Source: a virus (taxonomy: Duplodnaviria; Caudoviricetes). From it: 39,675 bases of DNA. A program made the position numbers and the translations under genes. Below the pieces are notes generated by a model that was given only the letters and a program-made list of their open reading frames with translations, was not told the DNA's origin and did no database searches. The stretch covers positions 1 to 39,675 of IMG/VR virus record IMGVR_UViG_3300030376_003153; one strand, written 5' to 3'. Below are positions 1 through 7,512 of the stretch, one piece after another (the first letter of the stretch is position 1; every line of letters begins with the position of its first letter).

Positions 1-60
1 TTAAATTATACAAAATATATATAAATATAACTAAAAAAGCAACGCTCTGGAATTATTTAC

Positions 61-89
61 TTGACATATGACCAACTAAACGCAACACT
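61..89 (+). promoter_or_regulatory. Early sigma70-type promoter P1
   Basis: TTGACA (61-66), 17-nt spacer, AACACT (84-89, weak -10); AT-rich upstream; preceded by TTAC as in P2 and P3. Confidence 0.6.
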
Positions 90-148
90 ATAGATATCGG
101 TAGTCGAGCCGATTTGTTTCCCTTACTAATTCAATTAACAACAAACAA

Positions 149-562
149 ATGACAAAGACACTCCCACAAACTCATTCAGCACTTAACAAAACTATTAATG
201 GCCTTGAGTATTCTAAAGAACTTAAAACTTGTGTAAAAACTACTTATACATTTACTGATCTTGAGAAACAGGTTATGGATCTATTCCCTATCGAATGGTA
301 TGTAGATGACCTAGAAGCTTCTGATTTTGGCCTAGACGATCCTTCAGAGTGGTTATTAGATTGGGATGAAGTACAGCCTTTAATTAAAACTTTAAACATT
401 ACACAAAATCAATTAAAGGGTGTAATTGGTTCTTTAGCAAACAAAGGAGCTATCGAAATAGAAACTAGAGGAGAGACAAAAGCAGAAAAGAAAATATGGG
501 GCGAAGATCTTTACTGGCTTTCTTCCAGATGCTTTGAGTCATTAATAGCAGAGGTCAAATAA
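149..562 (+). CDS. Early protein, probable winged-helix DNA-binding domain
   Basis: 137-aa ORF after P1; segment LIKTLNITQNQLKGVIGSLANKGAIEI fits a wHTH recognition helix plus wing. Confidence 0.6.
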   Translation: MTKTLPQTHSALNKTINGLEYSKELKTCVKTTYTFTDLEKQVMDLFPIEWYVDDLEASDFGLDDPSEWLLDWDEVQPLIKTLNITQNQLKGVIGSLANKGAIEIETRGETKAEKKIWGEDLYWLSSRCFESLIAEVK

Positions 563-579
563 TGACCTTTGCTTTATTT
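547..579 (+). terminator. Terminator-like hairpin
   Basis: AGCAGAGGTCA/TGACCTTTGCT 11-bp stem (one G-U), loop AATAA, followed by TTATTT. Confidence 0.5.
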
Positions 580-612
580 CCTTATTTACTTTTATTCCTA
601 ATCCTTATTTAA
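562..612 (+). CDS. Possible 16-aa hydrophobic micropeptide MTFALFPYLLLFLILI
   Basis: TAATG overlap with the upstream stop; ends 1 nt before the next ATG. Confidence 0.35.
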   Translation: MTFALFPYLLLFLILI

Positions 613-613
613 C

Positions 614-820
614 ATGACACTAACTAACGAAAAATTATGGCTTGTAGAAGTTTTCCAAACTTACCGTAAAAAGCACAAGCTACCTAATGAATCAGCAATA
701 GATTTATTAAATGCTCCACACCGAGACAAGTTGCAAGTGCGACACATAGAATGGCTAGTACAATTTATGGATGTCTGGGATACTGTAGAGTACAGCGTCA
801 AAACTAAAGCAGAGGGTTAA
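614..820 (+). CDS. Hypothetical early protein (68 aa)
   Basis: ORF in operon context, followed directly by a terminator. Confidence 0.75.
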   Translation: MTLTNEKLWLVEVFQTYRKKHKLPNESAIDLLNAPHRDKLQVRHIEWLVQFMDVWDTVEYSVKTKAEG

Positions 821-836
821 CAACCCTCTTTTTTTT
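811..836 (+). terminator. Rho-independent terminator
   Basis: AGAGGGTT-AAC-AACCCTCT perfect 8-bp stem followed by a T run. Confidence 0.85.
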
Positions 837-846
837 GCCTAATTAC

Positions 847-875
847 TTGATTAAGTGTTGCATTTATGCCAATAT
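847..875 (+). promoter_or_regulatory. Early promoter P2, probably giving a leaderless mRNA
   Basis: TTGATT, 17 nt, extended TGc-CAATAT; ATG at 882 follows 6 nt after the -10 box. Confidence 0.55.
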
Positions 876-881
876 AGAGGT

Positions 882-1100
882 ATGGAAAAAGCAAAATTAA
901 CACCAGTTGAACTTTGTATAAAAGCTTTCGGTGGTGTTCGCCCTATGGCGAGAAAAATTAATAGGAATTGCGGCAGTATTTCAAAATGGAGGAGGAGCGG
1001 ATTAATTCCTACCAGTATTCAAAGAACAGTACTTGAGAAGGCATGGGAATTAAACCTACCAGAGATCACCCCATATTCTATTATTTTTGGTGAAGAATGA
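882..1100 (+). CDS. Cro/CI-like HTH transcriptional regulator (72 aa)
   Basis: IKAFGGVRPMARKINRNCGSISKWRRSGLIP is a typical Cro-like HTH (FGG..A......IS.W...G.IP); ATG 882 preferred over the ORF-track start at 855. Confidence 0.8.
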   Translation: MEKAKLTPVELCIKAFGGVRPMARKINRNCGSISKWRRSGLIPTSIQRTVLEKAWELNLPEITPYSIIFGEE

Positions 1101-1243
1101 AAAATAAAAAACCTTATAAATTTCCAGAAGGTACATTATGGTTTAATCCAGATTACGCAGAGAAATTGAAAATATTTAAAAATGGAGAATGGGTAGAAAC
1201 AGATCCATTTGAAAATTTAGAAGAAAGGAAAGTAAAGAAATGA
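1097..1243 (+). CDS. Hypothetical protein, 48 aa (MKNKKPYKFPEGTLWFNP...)
   Basis: Translated by hand; ATGA overlaps at both ends. Confidence 0.7.
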   Translation: MKNKKPYKFPEGTLWFNPDYAEKLKIFKNGEWVETDPFENLEERKVKK

Positions 1244-1401
1244 ATTGTTATTGGTGCGATAGCCCTTTGACTTGGGGTGGTGATATTGACACAGATGAGT
1301 CAATGCCTACTTATGAAGAGTTTTCGGTAATGACCAATTTATCTTGCCCTAGATGCGATGCACAGGTAGAAGTTTTAAAGAAACGAGATGCCTTCGATTA
1401 A
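1240..1401 (+). CDS. Small Zn-ribbon protein, 53 aa (MNCYWCDSPLTWGGD...NLSCPRC...)
   Basis: Two CxxC pairs; ATGA overlap; resembles small proteins common in marine phages. Confidence 0.8.
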   Translation: MNCYWCDSPLTWGGDIDTDESMPTYEEFSVMTNLSCPRCDAQVEVLKKRDAFD

Positions 1402-1409
1402 TTGATTAC

Positions 1410-1438
1410 TTGACAACTGTTGCATTATGTTATACACT
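1410..1438 (+). promoter_or_regulatory. Early sigma70 promoter P3
   Basis: TTGACA, 17 nt, TACACT. Confidence 0.85.
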
Positions 1439-1528
1439 AGTTAATGAAGGGGCATGGGTCAGCGCACAAGTTGCTGTTTAAGTCGAACCTCCCTTCAACT
1501 CCCAACTTACTAATTTCTATTAACAAAC

Positions 1529-1822
1529 ATGGGCAGACCAAAACTTCCAGAATTCACCGCACAAGATGCTGATGACTATGGACACCTTAAGGCACAAGCT
1601 GCTGACATCCTCAGAAAGATTGAAGCTCTTAAGAAAAAAGCTATCAAATCAAAAATTGATTGCAAAGAAGGAAGTATGTTTAACGTTATAGTTTCCAGAT
1701 CGGAACGAACATCATTAAGCACCGAGAAAGTAAGACAACTATTAAAAGAGGACATCTCTTTAGTTGAACAGGTAACCAAGGTTACAACAGTACGAGTAAA
1801 TTCTAGAAAACTAGTATTTTAA
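1529..1822 (+). CDS. Hypothetical phage protein with N-terminal coiled coil (97 aa)
   Basis: ORF between P3 and a terminator. Confidence 0.8.
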   Translation: MGRPKLPEFTAQDADDYGHLKAQAADILRKIEALKKKAIKSKIDCKEGSMFNVIVSRSERTSLSTEKVRQLLKEDISLVEQVTKVTTVRVNSRKLVF

Positions 1823-1827
1823 CCGTT

Positions 1828-1853
1828 GGGGGCTTATAGCCCTCTTTCTTTTT
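1828..1853 (+). terminator. Rho-independent terminator
   Basis: GGGGGCT-TAT-AGCCCTC stem followed by TTTCTTTTT. Confidence 0.7.
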
Positions 1854-1885
1854 GATCCCTTAAAAATTTTTATTTACAAAATCAA

Positions 1886-2389
1886 ATGACAATTTCATTT
1901 CCAAAATCATCGCACCACTCAGGTTTGCGAGTTATGATTCGCAATCCACATCCTAAAAAAGAAAGGCATGGAGACTGCGGAGTCAGAGCTATATGTTTAG
2001 CCTTTGACCTTGACTACAATAAAGTCTGGAACGCTGCTACAAAAATGAAGCAGATGAATGCACCACTATATAAATACAATTATGGCGGTGGCTATGTTGA
2101 ATACAAAAAATCTAAAGCAACTGCTACTAGAGGTTTATCAAAAACAGATTTGATTGATACTCTTGCTTTTTTAAACATTGACGCAGTTTATAAAACTACT
2201 GCGTACAAAGAAATTGGCAGAGACATCCAAATGTATTTTCATGCAGGTAACCTTCCTGAGAGATGCATAGCCCACATACCCAGACATTGGGTAGCTGTTA
2301 AAAATGGTTCTATCTGGGATAGTTATGACAGCCGTGGTACAAGACTAAGAAAGCTAAGAGGATATGTTTGTTTAAGGGAGGATGATTAA
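1886..2389 (+). CDS. Putative papain-fold (C39-like) cysteine hydrolase
   Basis: GDCGVRAI ... HWVAV ... IWDSYD gives a Cys-His-Asp arrangement. Confidence 0.6.
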   Translation: MTISFPKSSHHSGLRVMIRNPHPKKERHGDCGVRAICLAFDLDYNKVWNAATKMKQMNAPLYKYNYGGGYVEYKKSKATATRGLSKTDLIDTLAFLNIDAVYKTTAYKEIGRDIQMYFHAGNLPERCIAHIPRHWVAVKNGSIWDSYDSRGTRLRKLRGYVCLREDD

Positions 2390-2535
2390 TGCCAGATATC
2401 CAGAAACTGGAGAGGTTAGACTTTTTGTCTAGCCTTTCTTATTCCGACCACACTTCCGAGGATTGGGATGAAGAACTCAGACTCGAATGTGAATTACAAA
2501 ACCACCCTTTATACAAATCTTATTTAGATCAATGA
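2389..2535 (+). CDS. Acidic hypothetical protein, 48 aa (MPDIQKLERLDF...)
   Basis: Translated by hand; TAATG and ATGA overlaps fill the gap exactly. Confidence 0.7.
   Translation: MPDIQKLERLDFLSSLSYSDHTSEDWDEELRLECELQNHPLYKSYLDQ
2410..2443 (+). terminator. Intragenic terminator-like hairpin
   Basis: GAGAGGTTAGAC/GTCTAGCCTTTC 12-bp stem with two G-U pairs, followed by TTATT. Confidence 0.4.
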
Positions 2536-2798
2536 GAAAACATACAATCACCGTCTACACCAATGACGAGTATTCACTTTACGACATTCTTAAAGAAGTC
2601 AGATCTGAGATAGACCGTAAGGTTTTCGATAGAGCAAACATCAGGCAACGTAAATTTACTGGCACATGGGCAGAGGAGGTAACATCTTCTTCTCCACTTG
2701 CTAATCGTTATGGTTACAGATACGAAACCGTAGCTAAATGGGAATCAGTCGTAGTTCCTAACAAAGAATTTATTCAATTTCAAAAGGAGTCTAACTAA
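2532..2798 (+). CDS. Hypothetical protein (88 aa)
   Basis: ORF translationally coupled to both neighbours. Confidence 0.75.
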   Translation: MRKHTITVYTNDEYSLYDILKEVRSEIDRKVFDRANIRQRKFTGTWAEEVTSSSPLANRYGYRYETVAKWESVVVPNKEFIQFQKESN

Positions 2799-3745
2799 TG
2801 ACCACAAAATCGTACCCAATTACAGATAAGCAATCATGGTTAGAAAACCGTTTGCTTGATGTCACCTCTACTGAGGTATCAGCATTGTTTAATCTCAACC
2901 CATACCAAACAGAGTTTGAACTCTACCACCAGAAAAGGGAAAAGATAGTTATCAACATTGATGACAACGAAAGAATGATGTGGGGCAGACGTTTAGAAGA
3001 TTCAATTGCTTTAGAGTTTGCTGAAAGAAACAAAATGTCAGTTGAATCTTTTGATGTCTACCTTCGTAACCCAGAAACAAGGATGGGTAGTTCTTTTGAT
3101 TACAAAATTACAAGTGAAAAAGAACCTGCAATTTTAGAAATAAAAAATGTAGATGGGTTGGCCTATCGCAAGAACTGGATTGAACATGACGAGTACAACA
3201 TTGAACCGCCCGAACATATAGCTTTGCAGCTACAGCATCAGTTAGAAATTACTGGTTACAACGTTGGTTACATAGTAGCTCTTGTTGGTGGTAACACCAT
3301 GAAAGTTGTGCGTAGTGAAAGAGATCCTAAGATTGGCAAACTTTTAAAAGATAAAGTAGAAAATTTTTGGGAACGAATTAAGTTAGGCGTTCCTCCTGAT
3401 GTTGACTACACCAGAGATGCCCAGTACATAATGAAAAATTTATGTAATCAAGCAGAAGATGGTTTAGTTCTTAAAGCAGATGAAGACATGGACAAATTGG
3501 TTGATGACTACAACGCAATCAACAGAGAATACGTTTCATTAGGCAAACAAAAGGATGCAGTCAAAGCACAAATTTTAGAGCTAAGTCAAAATGCATCCAA
3601 GATTATGTCTAACTACGGAACAATATCTTGTTCTATGTCTAAAGCTAGTAAAGGCAAACTAATCACACCAGAAATGGTCGGTACATACATCAATCCTCGC
3701 AAGAGCTACCGTATGTTTCGTTTCAATCAACCAAAAGGAATTTAA
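2798..3745 (+). CDS. YqaJ-like (lambda exonuclease family) recombination nuclease
   Basis: WLENR..TSTE, WGRRLE, SSFD..LEIKN and QLQHQL motifs; AAGGAG RBS; adjacent to RecT. Confidence 0.9.
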   Translation: MTTKSYPITDKQSWLENRLLDVTSTEVSALFNLNPYQTEFELYHQKREKIVINIDDNERMMWGRRLEDSIALEFAERNKMSVESFDVYLRNPETRMGSSFDYKITSEKEPAILEIKNVDGLAYRKNWIEHDEYNIEPPEHIALQLQHQLEITGYNVGYIVALVGGNTMKVVRSERDPKIGKLLKDKVENFWERIKLGVPPDVDYTRDAQYIMKNLCNQAEDGLVLKADEDMDKLVDDYNAINREYVSLGKQKDAVKAQILELSQNASKIMSNYGTISCSMSKASKGKLITPEMVGTYINPRKSYRMFRFNQPKGI

Positions 3746-3748
3746 ATT

Positions 3749-4546
3749 ATGACCTCATCAATCACACCACTTGTAGCCATGCAGGGAACACTAGAAAAAA
3801 TGGCAGACAAATTTACTGAAGCTTTGCCAAGGCAAATGGATGTAAACAAATTTATTAGTGTTGCTAAGTTAACGCTAAATAAAAATCCAAAGCTATTACA
3901 AGCAGACAAAACAAGCTTATTGCAAACCTTTATGAGGGCAGCACAAGATGGTTTGTATTTAGATGGCAAAGAAGCAGCAGCAGTTCAGTATGGACAATCA
4001 GTTCAGTACATTCCTATGGTCGAGGGAATTATTAAGGTCTTACATAACAGCGGATTAATAAAAACTTTATGTGCCGAAGTCGTTTATGAAAATGATTTGT
4101 TTGATTACGAGCTAGGAACTAAACAACACATAACTCATAAGCCATTAATTACTGGAGACAGAGGTAAACCTGTATGTGTTTATGCCATTGCTGTAACTAC
4201 TAATGAAGGTGAATATTACGAGGTTATGAACATGGCAGAAATTGAAAAATGCCGTCAAGTTTCTAAAGCCAGTTCATCACCACATTCTCCTTGGGTAAAA
4301 TGGTTTGACCAGATGGCAAAGAAAACTGTTATTCATAGAATTGCAAAACGACTACCTAAGAATGATGCAATAAGTTCTGTTGTAAGAATAGATGAAGATA
4401 GCATGGTAGACATTACACCTAATGCAAGGCAATCAACAGAACCAAAAGATTCTCTATCAAGGTTAAAAGAATCAATCGGTATGGATCAAGAAGACGTAGA
4501 TAAAGCAGCAGATAATGTAATCAACAACTACCGCAAGGAGGAGTAA
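3749..4546 (+). CDS. recT: RecT family ssDNA annealing protein
   Basis: ALPRQMD, VVYENDLFDYELG and SPW..WFDQMAKKTVIHR..KRLP motifs. Confidence 0.93.
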   Translation: MTSSITPLVAMQGTLEKMADKFTEALPRQMDVNKFISVAKLTLNKNPKLLQADKTSLLQTFMRAAQDGLYLDGKEAAAVQYGQSVQYIPMVEGIIKVLHNSGLIKTLCAEVVYENDLFDYELGTKQHITHKPLITGDRGKPVCVYAIAVTTNEGEYYEVMNMAEIEKCRQVSKASSSPHSPWVKWFDQMAKKTVIHRIAKRLPKNDAISSVVRIDEDSMVDITPNARQSTEPKDSLSRLKESIGMDQEDVDKAADNVINNYRKEE

Positions 4547-4550
4547 ATTA

Positions 4551-4733
4551 ATGGATAAACCTAAAAAAGATGACCTCTTAAATCAAATGAGGTTTTTAGT
4601 AAATGATTTAATTTCAGAATTAAATAGATTGGAAAGAGAAAATCCAACATACCAAAGAGTACATGATGTTGAATCTTTTTTTGAATATCGACTAGCACAA
4701 TACCAACACCATTTAACAGCTAGGAGGAAGTGA
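4551..4733 (+). CDS. Hypothetical protein (60 aa)
   Basis: AAGGAGGAG RBS; stop overlaps the next start. Confidence 0.7.
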   Translation: MDKPKKDDLLNQMRFLVNDLISELNRLERENPTYQRVHDVESFFEYRLAQYQHHLTARRK

Positions 4734-5401
4734 TGCATTTTTACTCCTTCAATATTGGCGATTACATAAGCCATACCAAACACTTATCTGATACGGAGGA
4801 TCTAGCATACCGAAGGTTGCTAGACCTCTACTATCTTCATGAACGGACGTTGAACGAGGATGTGGCAATCGTTGCACGAAAGATTAACATGAGGGATAAC
4901 GTACCAGAAGTAAAAGTAGTTTTGGAAGAGTTTTTTGTTTTAGAAGTTGGTAAAGGATGGACTAATCCAAGGGCTGACGAAGAAATACAAAAGTATCAAA
5001 GCAAGGTACAGTCAGCGATTAGAGCAGGTAAAGCATCTGCTCTTGCTAGGTCTAACGCTAGTTCAACAACCGTTCAACCAAACAAGAAACAAGAAACATT
5101 AAACAATAAACAAGAAACATATAATAATAAGACGCTAAAGCGTCCTCGTAATGTCACTAAAAAAACATGGGATGATTTCTTAATTCATCGAAAAAACAAG
5201 AAAGCACCATTAACAGAAACTGCTTTTATCGGTATAAAAAATGAGGTTAAAAAAACTACGATTAGTTTGGAGGAAGCTTTGATTATGTGCCAAGCCAGAG
5301 GATGGCAAAGTTTCAAAAGTGATTGGCTAAATTCCACAAAAGTGAGCAATCGCCAAATATTTGAGAAACATAACTACGGTGAGGGGGTACAAAAGATATG
5401 A
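4733..5401 (+). CDS. DUF1376/YdaU-type replication initiator
   Basis: MHFYSFNIGDYISHTKHLS..EDLAYRRLLDLYY N-terminus; C-terminal W.DF..HRK.KKAPLT..RGWQSF domain; AGGAGG RBS before ATG 4733; upstream of a DnaC-like gene. Confidence 0.85.
   Translation: MHFYSFNIGDYISHTKHLSDTEDLAYRRLLDLYYLHERTLNEDVAIVARKINMRDNVPEVKVVLEEFFVLEVGKGWTNPRADEEIQKYQSKVQSAIRAGKASALARSNASSTTVQPNKKQETLNNKQETYNNKTLKRPRNVTKKTWDDFLIHRKNKKAPLTETAFIGIKNEVKKTTISLEEALIMCQARGWQSFKSDWLNSTKVSNRQIFEKHNYGEGVQKI
5061..5121 (+). repeat. Iteron-like repeats, probable replication origin
   Basis: GTTCAAC twice at 11-bp spacing, then six 7-mers AAACA(AG/TT/AT/TA) at 5080-5121. Confidence 0.6.
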
Positions 5402-5649
5402 GTTCAGCTTATGACAATCTGCCGACTGATGAACAGTGTAAGGAAATTCTTAAAGAGAAACTACAAGACGCAGAAAAGGAACTAAAAGACGCAGAAAAAA
5501 AAATTAAGTTATACAAGGATTGGCATTTAGGTTCGCCACATCAACAGAGAAGTAGAAAAAGATCATTTAATAAAAATACAGAACAATTGCCCATACTCGA
5601 AGGCAAGGTAAATCTTATAAAAAGGATGTTAAAGGAGTATGAAAAATGA
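5398..5649 (+). CDS. Hypothetical coiled-coil protein (83 aa)
   Basis: ATGA overlaps at both ends. Confidence 0.75.
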   Translation: MSSAYDNLPTDEQCKEILKEKLQDAEKELKDAEKKIKLYKDWHLGSPHQQRSRKRSFNKNTEQLPILEGKVNLIKRMLKEYEK

Positions 5650-6425
5650 GTTTAGAAAACCTTATCAACAAAGACAGGCCAACAGAAGAACGCACTTGTT
5701 CTATACACAATGTTGCCTATACTTCAACAAACTTTATTGGCGAACACTGGACAGAGTGTCCAAAGTGTATGATGTTACGCAAGGAGAAGGAAGCTTTAGA
5801 GCAAATCAAGGCTGACAAGCAACGTGAACAGGAGCGTGAGCAGCGTAGATGGACAGCCAAGGTAGGAAGTGCAGCTATTCCAGAACGATTTAAAGATCGG
5901 ACATTAGATAGCTATGTAGCAAAGACAAGTGGTCAACAGAAGGCATTAGCTTTTGCAAAAGAGTATGCAGAAAACTTTGACCAAGTAATAAAAACAGGAC
6001 GTTCTGCAATCTTTGTTGGCAAAGTGGGTACAGGTAAAACCCATTTGGCAGTAGGCATTGCGTTGAGCATCATGCAACAACAACGGTCACCAGTATTTGT
6101 CACCGTGCAACGTCTAATCAGAAGAGTTAAGGATAGTTGGAGAACAAAAGAAGAAACAGAAAGCGATGTGATTAATGCTTTTGCATCACCAGATCTATTG
6201 ATACTAGATGAAGTTGGTGTACAGTTTGGGTCAGAGTTTGAAAAACAACTGTTGTTTGATGTGCTTAATGAACGCTATGAAAAACTTAAGCCATCAATTT
6301 TATTATCAAATATTCCTAGCGAACAATTATCGGATTATCTTGGCGAGCGTGTCATGGATAGACTTCGTGAAAACGGAGGTGCATTAATTGGTTTTAACTG
6401 GGATTCATACAGGAAAAGTTTATGA
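5646..6425 (+). CDS. DnaC/IstB-like AAA+ helicase loader
   Basis: Walker A GKVGTGKT, Walker B LLILDEVG, N-terminal CxxH/CxxC Zn site, GERVMDRL, FNWDSYR. Confidence 0.92.
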   Translation: MSLENLINKDRPTEERTCSIHNVAYTSTNFIGEHWTECPKCMMLRKEKEALEQIKADKQREQEREQRRWTAKVGSAAIPERFKDRTLDSYVAKTSGQQKALAFAKEYAENFDQVIKTGRSAIFVGKVGTGKTHLAVGIALSIMQQQRSPVFVTVQRLIRRVKDSWRTKEETESDVINAFASPDLLILDEVGVQFGSEFEKQLLFDVLNERYEKLKPSILLSNIPSEQLSDYLGERVMDRLRENGGALIGFNWDSYRKSL

Positions 6426-6502
6426 CAACTGAACAAAAAATTGCAGCAGCGAAAGCTCGCATTCGTGAATTAGAATTATTAATTAAATTATGGAGCAAGT
6501 AA
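6422..6502 (+). CDS. Micro-protein, 26 aa (MTTEQKIAAAKARIRELELLIKLWSK)
   Basis: ATGA overlap, AGGA RBS, amphipathic helix. Confidence 0.6.
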   Translation: MTTEQKIAAAKARIRELELLIKLWSK

Positions 6503-6657
6503 CTTTGGAAGAGCAAACTATTTTAAAGATTGCCAAATACAAATGTCAGTTGGCAGAATTAGACAGGCAGTTTTGGTTTGAAAATTTAGATTTAAGATTT
6601 TACAGGGTTAATTTTGACCGATTAACAGAAGCAATTAAGGAGTTAGAGAATGATTGA
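6490..6657 (+). CDS. Hypothetical protein, 55 aa (MEQVTLEEQ...)
   Basis: Translated by hand; fills the gap and overlaps both neighbours. Confidence 0.65.
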   Translation: MEQVTLEEQTILKIAKYKCQLAELDRQFWFENLDLRFYRVNFDRLTEAIKELEND

Positions 6658-7072
6658 AATAGTATTAGGTTGGCCACCAACAGACCTGTCACCTAACGCA
6701 AGAAAGCATTGGGCAGTAGTAGCTAAAGCAAAAAAACAATACAGAAAAGATTGTTTTAGCGTATCTAAAGAACAGTTAAAAAAATATCGAGGAGTAACAG
6801 AAAATATACCTGAGAGATTAGTTTTAGAAATGACATTTATCCCACCAGACAGACGAAGTTATGACCGAGACAACTTAGTTGCTAGAATGAAAGCAGGTAT
6901 TGACGGACTCGCAGACGCACTACGCATAAACGACAAACAGTTCAATACTGTCATCTCAACAATGGATCAAGATTACCTCGGTGGTTTTGTCCGCATACGC
7001 ATACTACAGGAAATTCCTTATGGCACGAAAAATCAAAAACCTATCCGTCAAGACACGAGAATACAAAGATAG
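6650..7072 (+). CDS. RusA-like Holliday junction resolvase
   Basis: LSPN.R.HW and PPDRRSYDRDNL...K..IDGLADALRIND..F motifs; AAGGAG RBS. Confidence 0.8.
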   Translation: MIEIVLGWPPTDLSPNARKHWAVVAKAKKQYRKDCFSVSKEQLKKYRGVTENIPERLVLEMTFIPPDRRSYDRDNLVARMKAGIDGLADALRINDKQFNTVISTMDQDYLGGFVRIRILQEIPYGTKNQKPIRQDTRIQR

Positions 7073-7352
7073 GGATGGTAACAACAAAGCAAACTATCAA
7101 AATGTTGGAGCTATTATGGAAAACGACAACGGCAAGCAATTTATGCTAATAGATAAATTTATTAATTTTGCAGGGTTACCTGATTTTAGTGGCAAAGAAA
7201 ACTCCGCATCTTTATTAGTAAATATATTTGATGTAGATAATGATTACAAACCTAATCGCAAAGATATACCACCATCTTATAAAGGCAATGATGATGCAGA
7301 CGATTGGAATAGTTCACGCAAAGTACCAGAGGTAGACGAAATTCCATTTTAA
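7020..7352 (+). CDS. Single-stranded DNA-binding-like protein
   Basis: Acidic C-terminal DEIPF tail; Y.D.DG..K....NVG N-terminus of the non-canonical phage SSB type; ATG 7020 has an AGGA RBS. Confidence 0.65.
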   Translation: MARKIKNLSVKTREYKDRDGNNKANYQNVGAIMENDNGKQFMLIDKFINFAGLPDFSGKENSASLLVNIFDVDNDYKPNRKDIPPSYKGNDDADDWNSSRKVPEVDEIPF

Positions 7353-7355
7353 TAG

Positions 7356-7429
7356 TAGCCCCAGAATGACACAGACCATTTATCACTCTGGGGCTAGGCT
7401 CTAGAGTTGGGGAAAAGAACTAGAACCTA
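7356..7429 (-). other. Tandem RNA hairpins at the convergent junction of the early and late arms
   Basis: On the - strand: UAGGUUCUAG/CUAGAGCCUA (10 bp) and UAGCCCCAGAGUGAUA/UGUCAUUCUGGGGCUA (16 bp). Confidence 0.6.
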
Positions 7430-7446
7430 CCAAGCCATACCACTGC

Positions 7447-7494
7447 TTATTTCTTTGGTGGCTTGGGTTTACCGTAGGATTTTTTGTAGGCCAT
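7447..7494 (-). CDS. 15-aa basic micropeptide MAYKKSYGKPKPPKK
   Basis: AAGGA RBS at a usable distance from the ATG; last ORF of the operon. Confidence 0.55.
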   Translation of the reverse strand: MAYKKSYGKPKPPKK

Positions 7495-7512
7495 AATAAA
7501 TTCCTTTTCTTT

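Noticed and set aside
1-60. Terminal repeat or att site matching the right end
   Set aside because: No matching sequence was seen at the right end, which stops inside a gene
855-881. Upstream start for the Cro-like gene; likewise 6981 for the SSB-like gene and 10795 for the 44-aa membrane protein
   Set aside because: The extensions overlap a promoter or neighbouring genes; the downstream ATGs fit better
1441-1500. tRNA or tRNA-like gene
   Set aside because: No cloverleaf, T-loop consensus or CCA end; treated as a structured leader instead
6083-6090. Partial late motif ACGGTCAC inside the DnaC-like gene
   Set aside because: Only 8 contiguous bases of the 12 match and there is no TAnnnT at the 16-nt spacing
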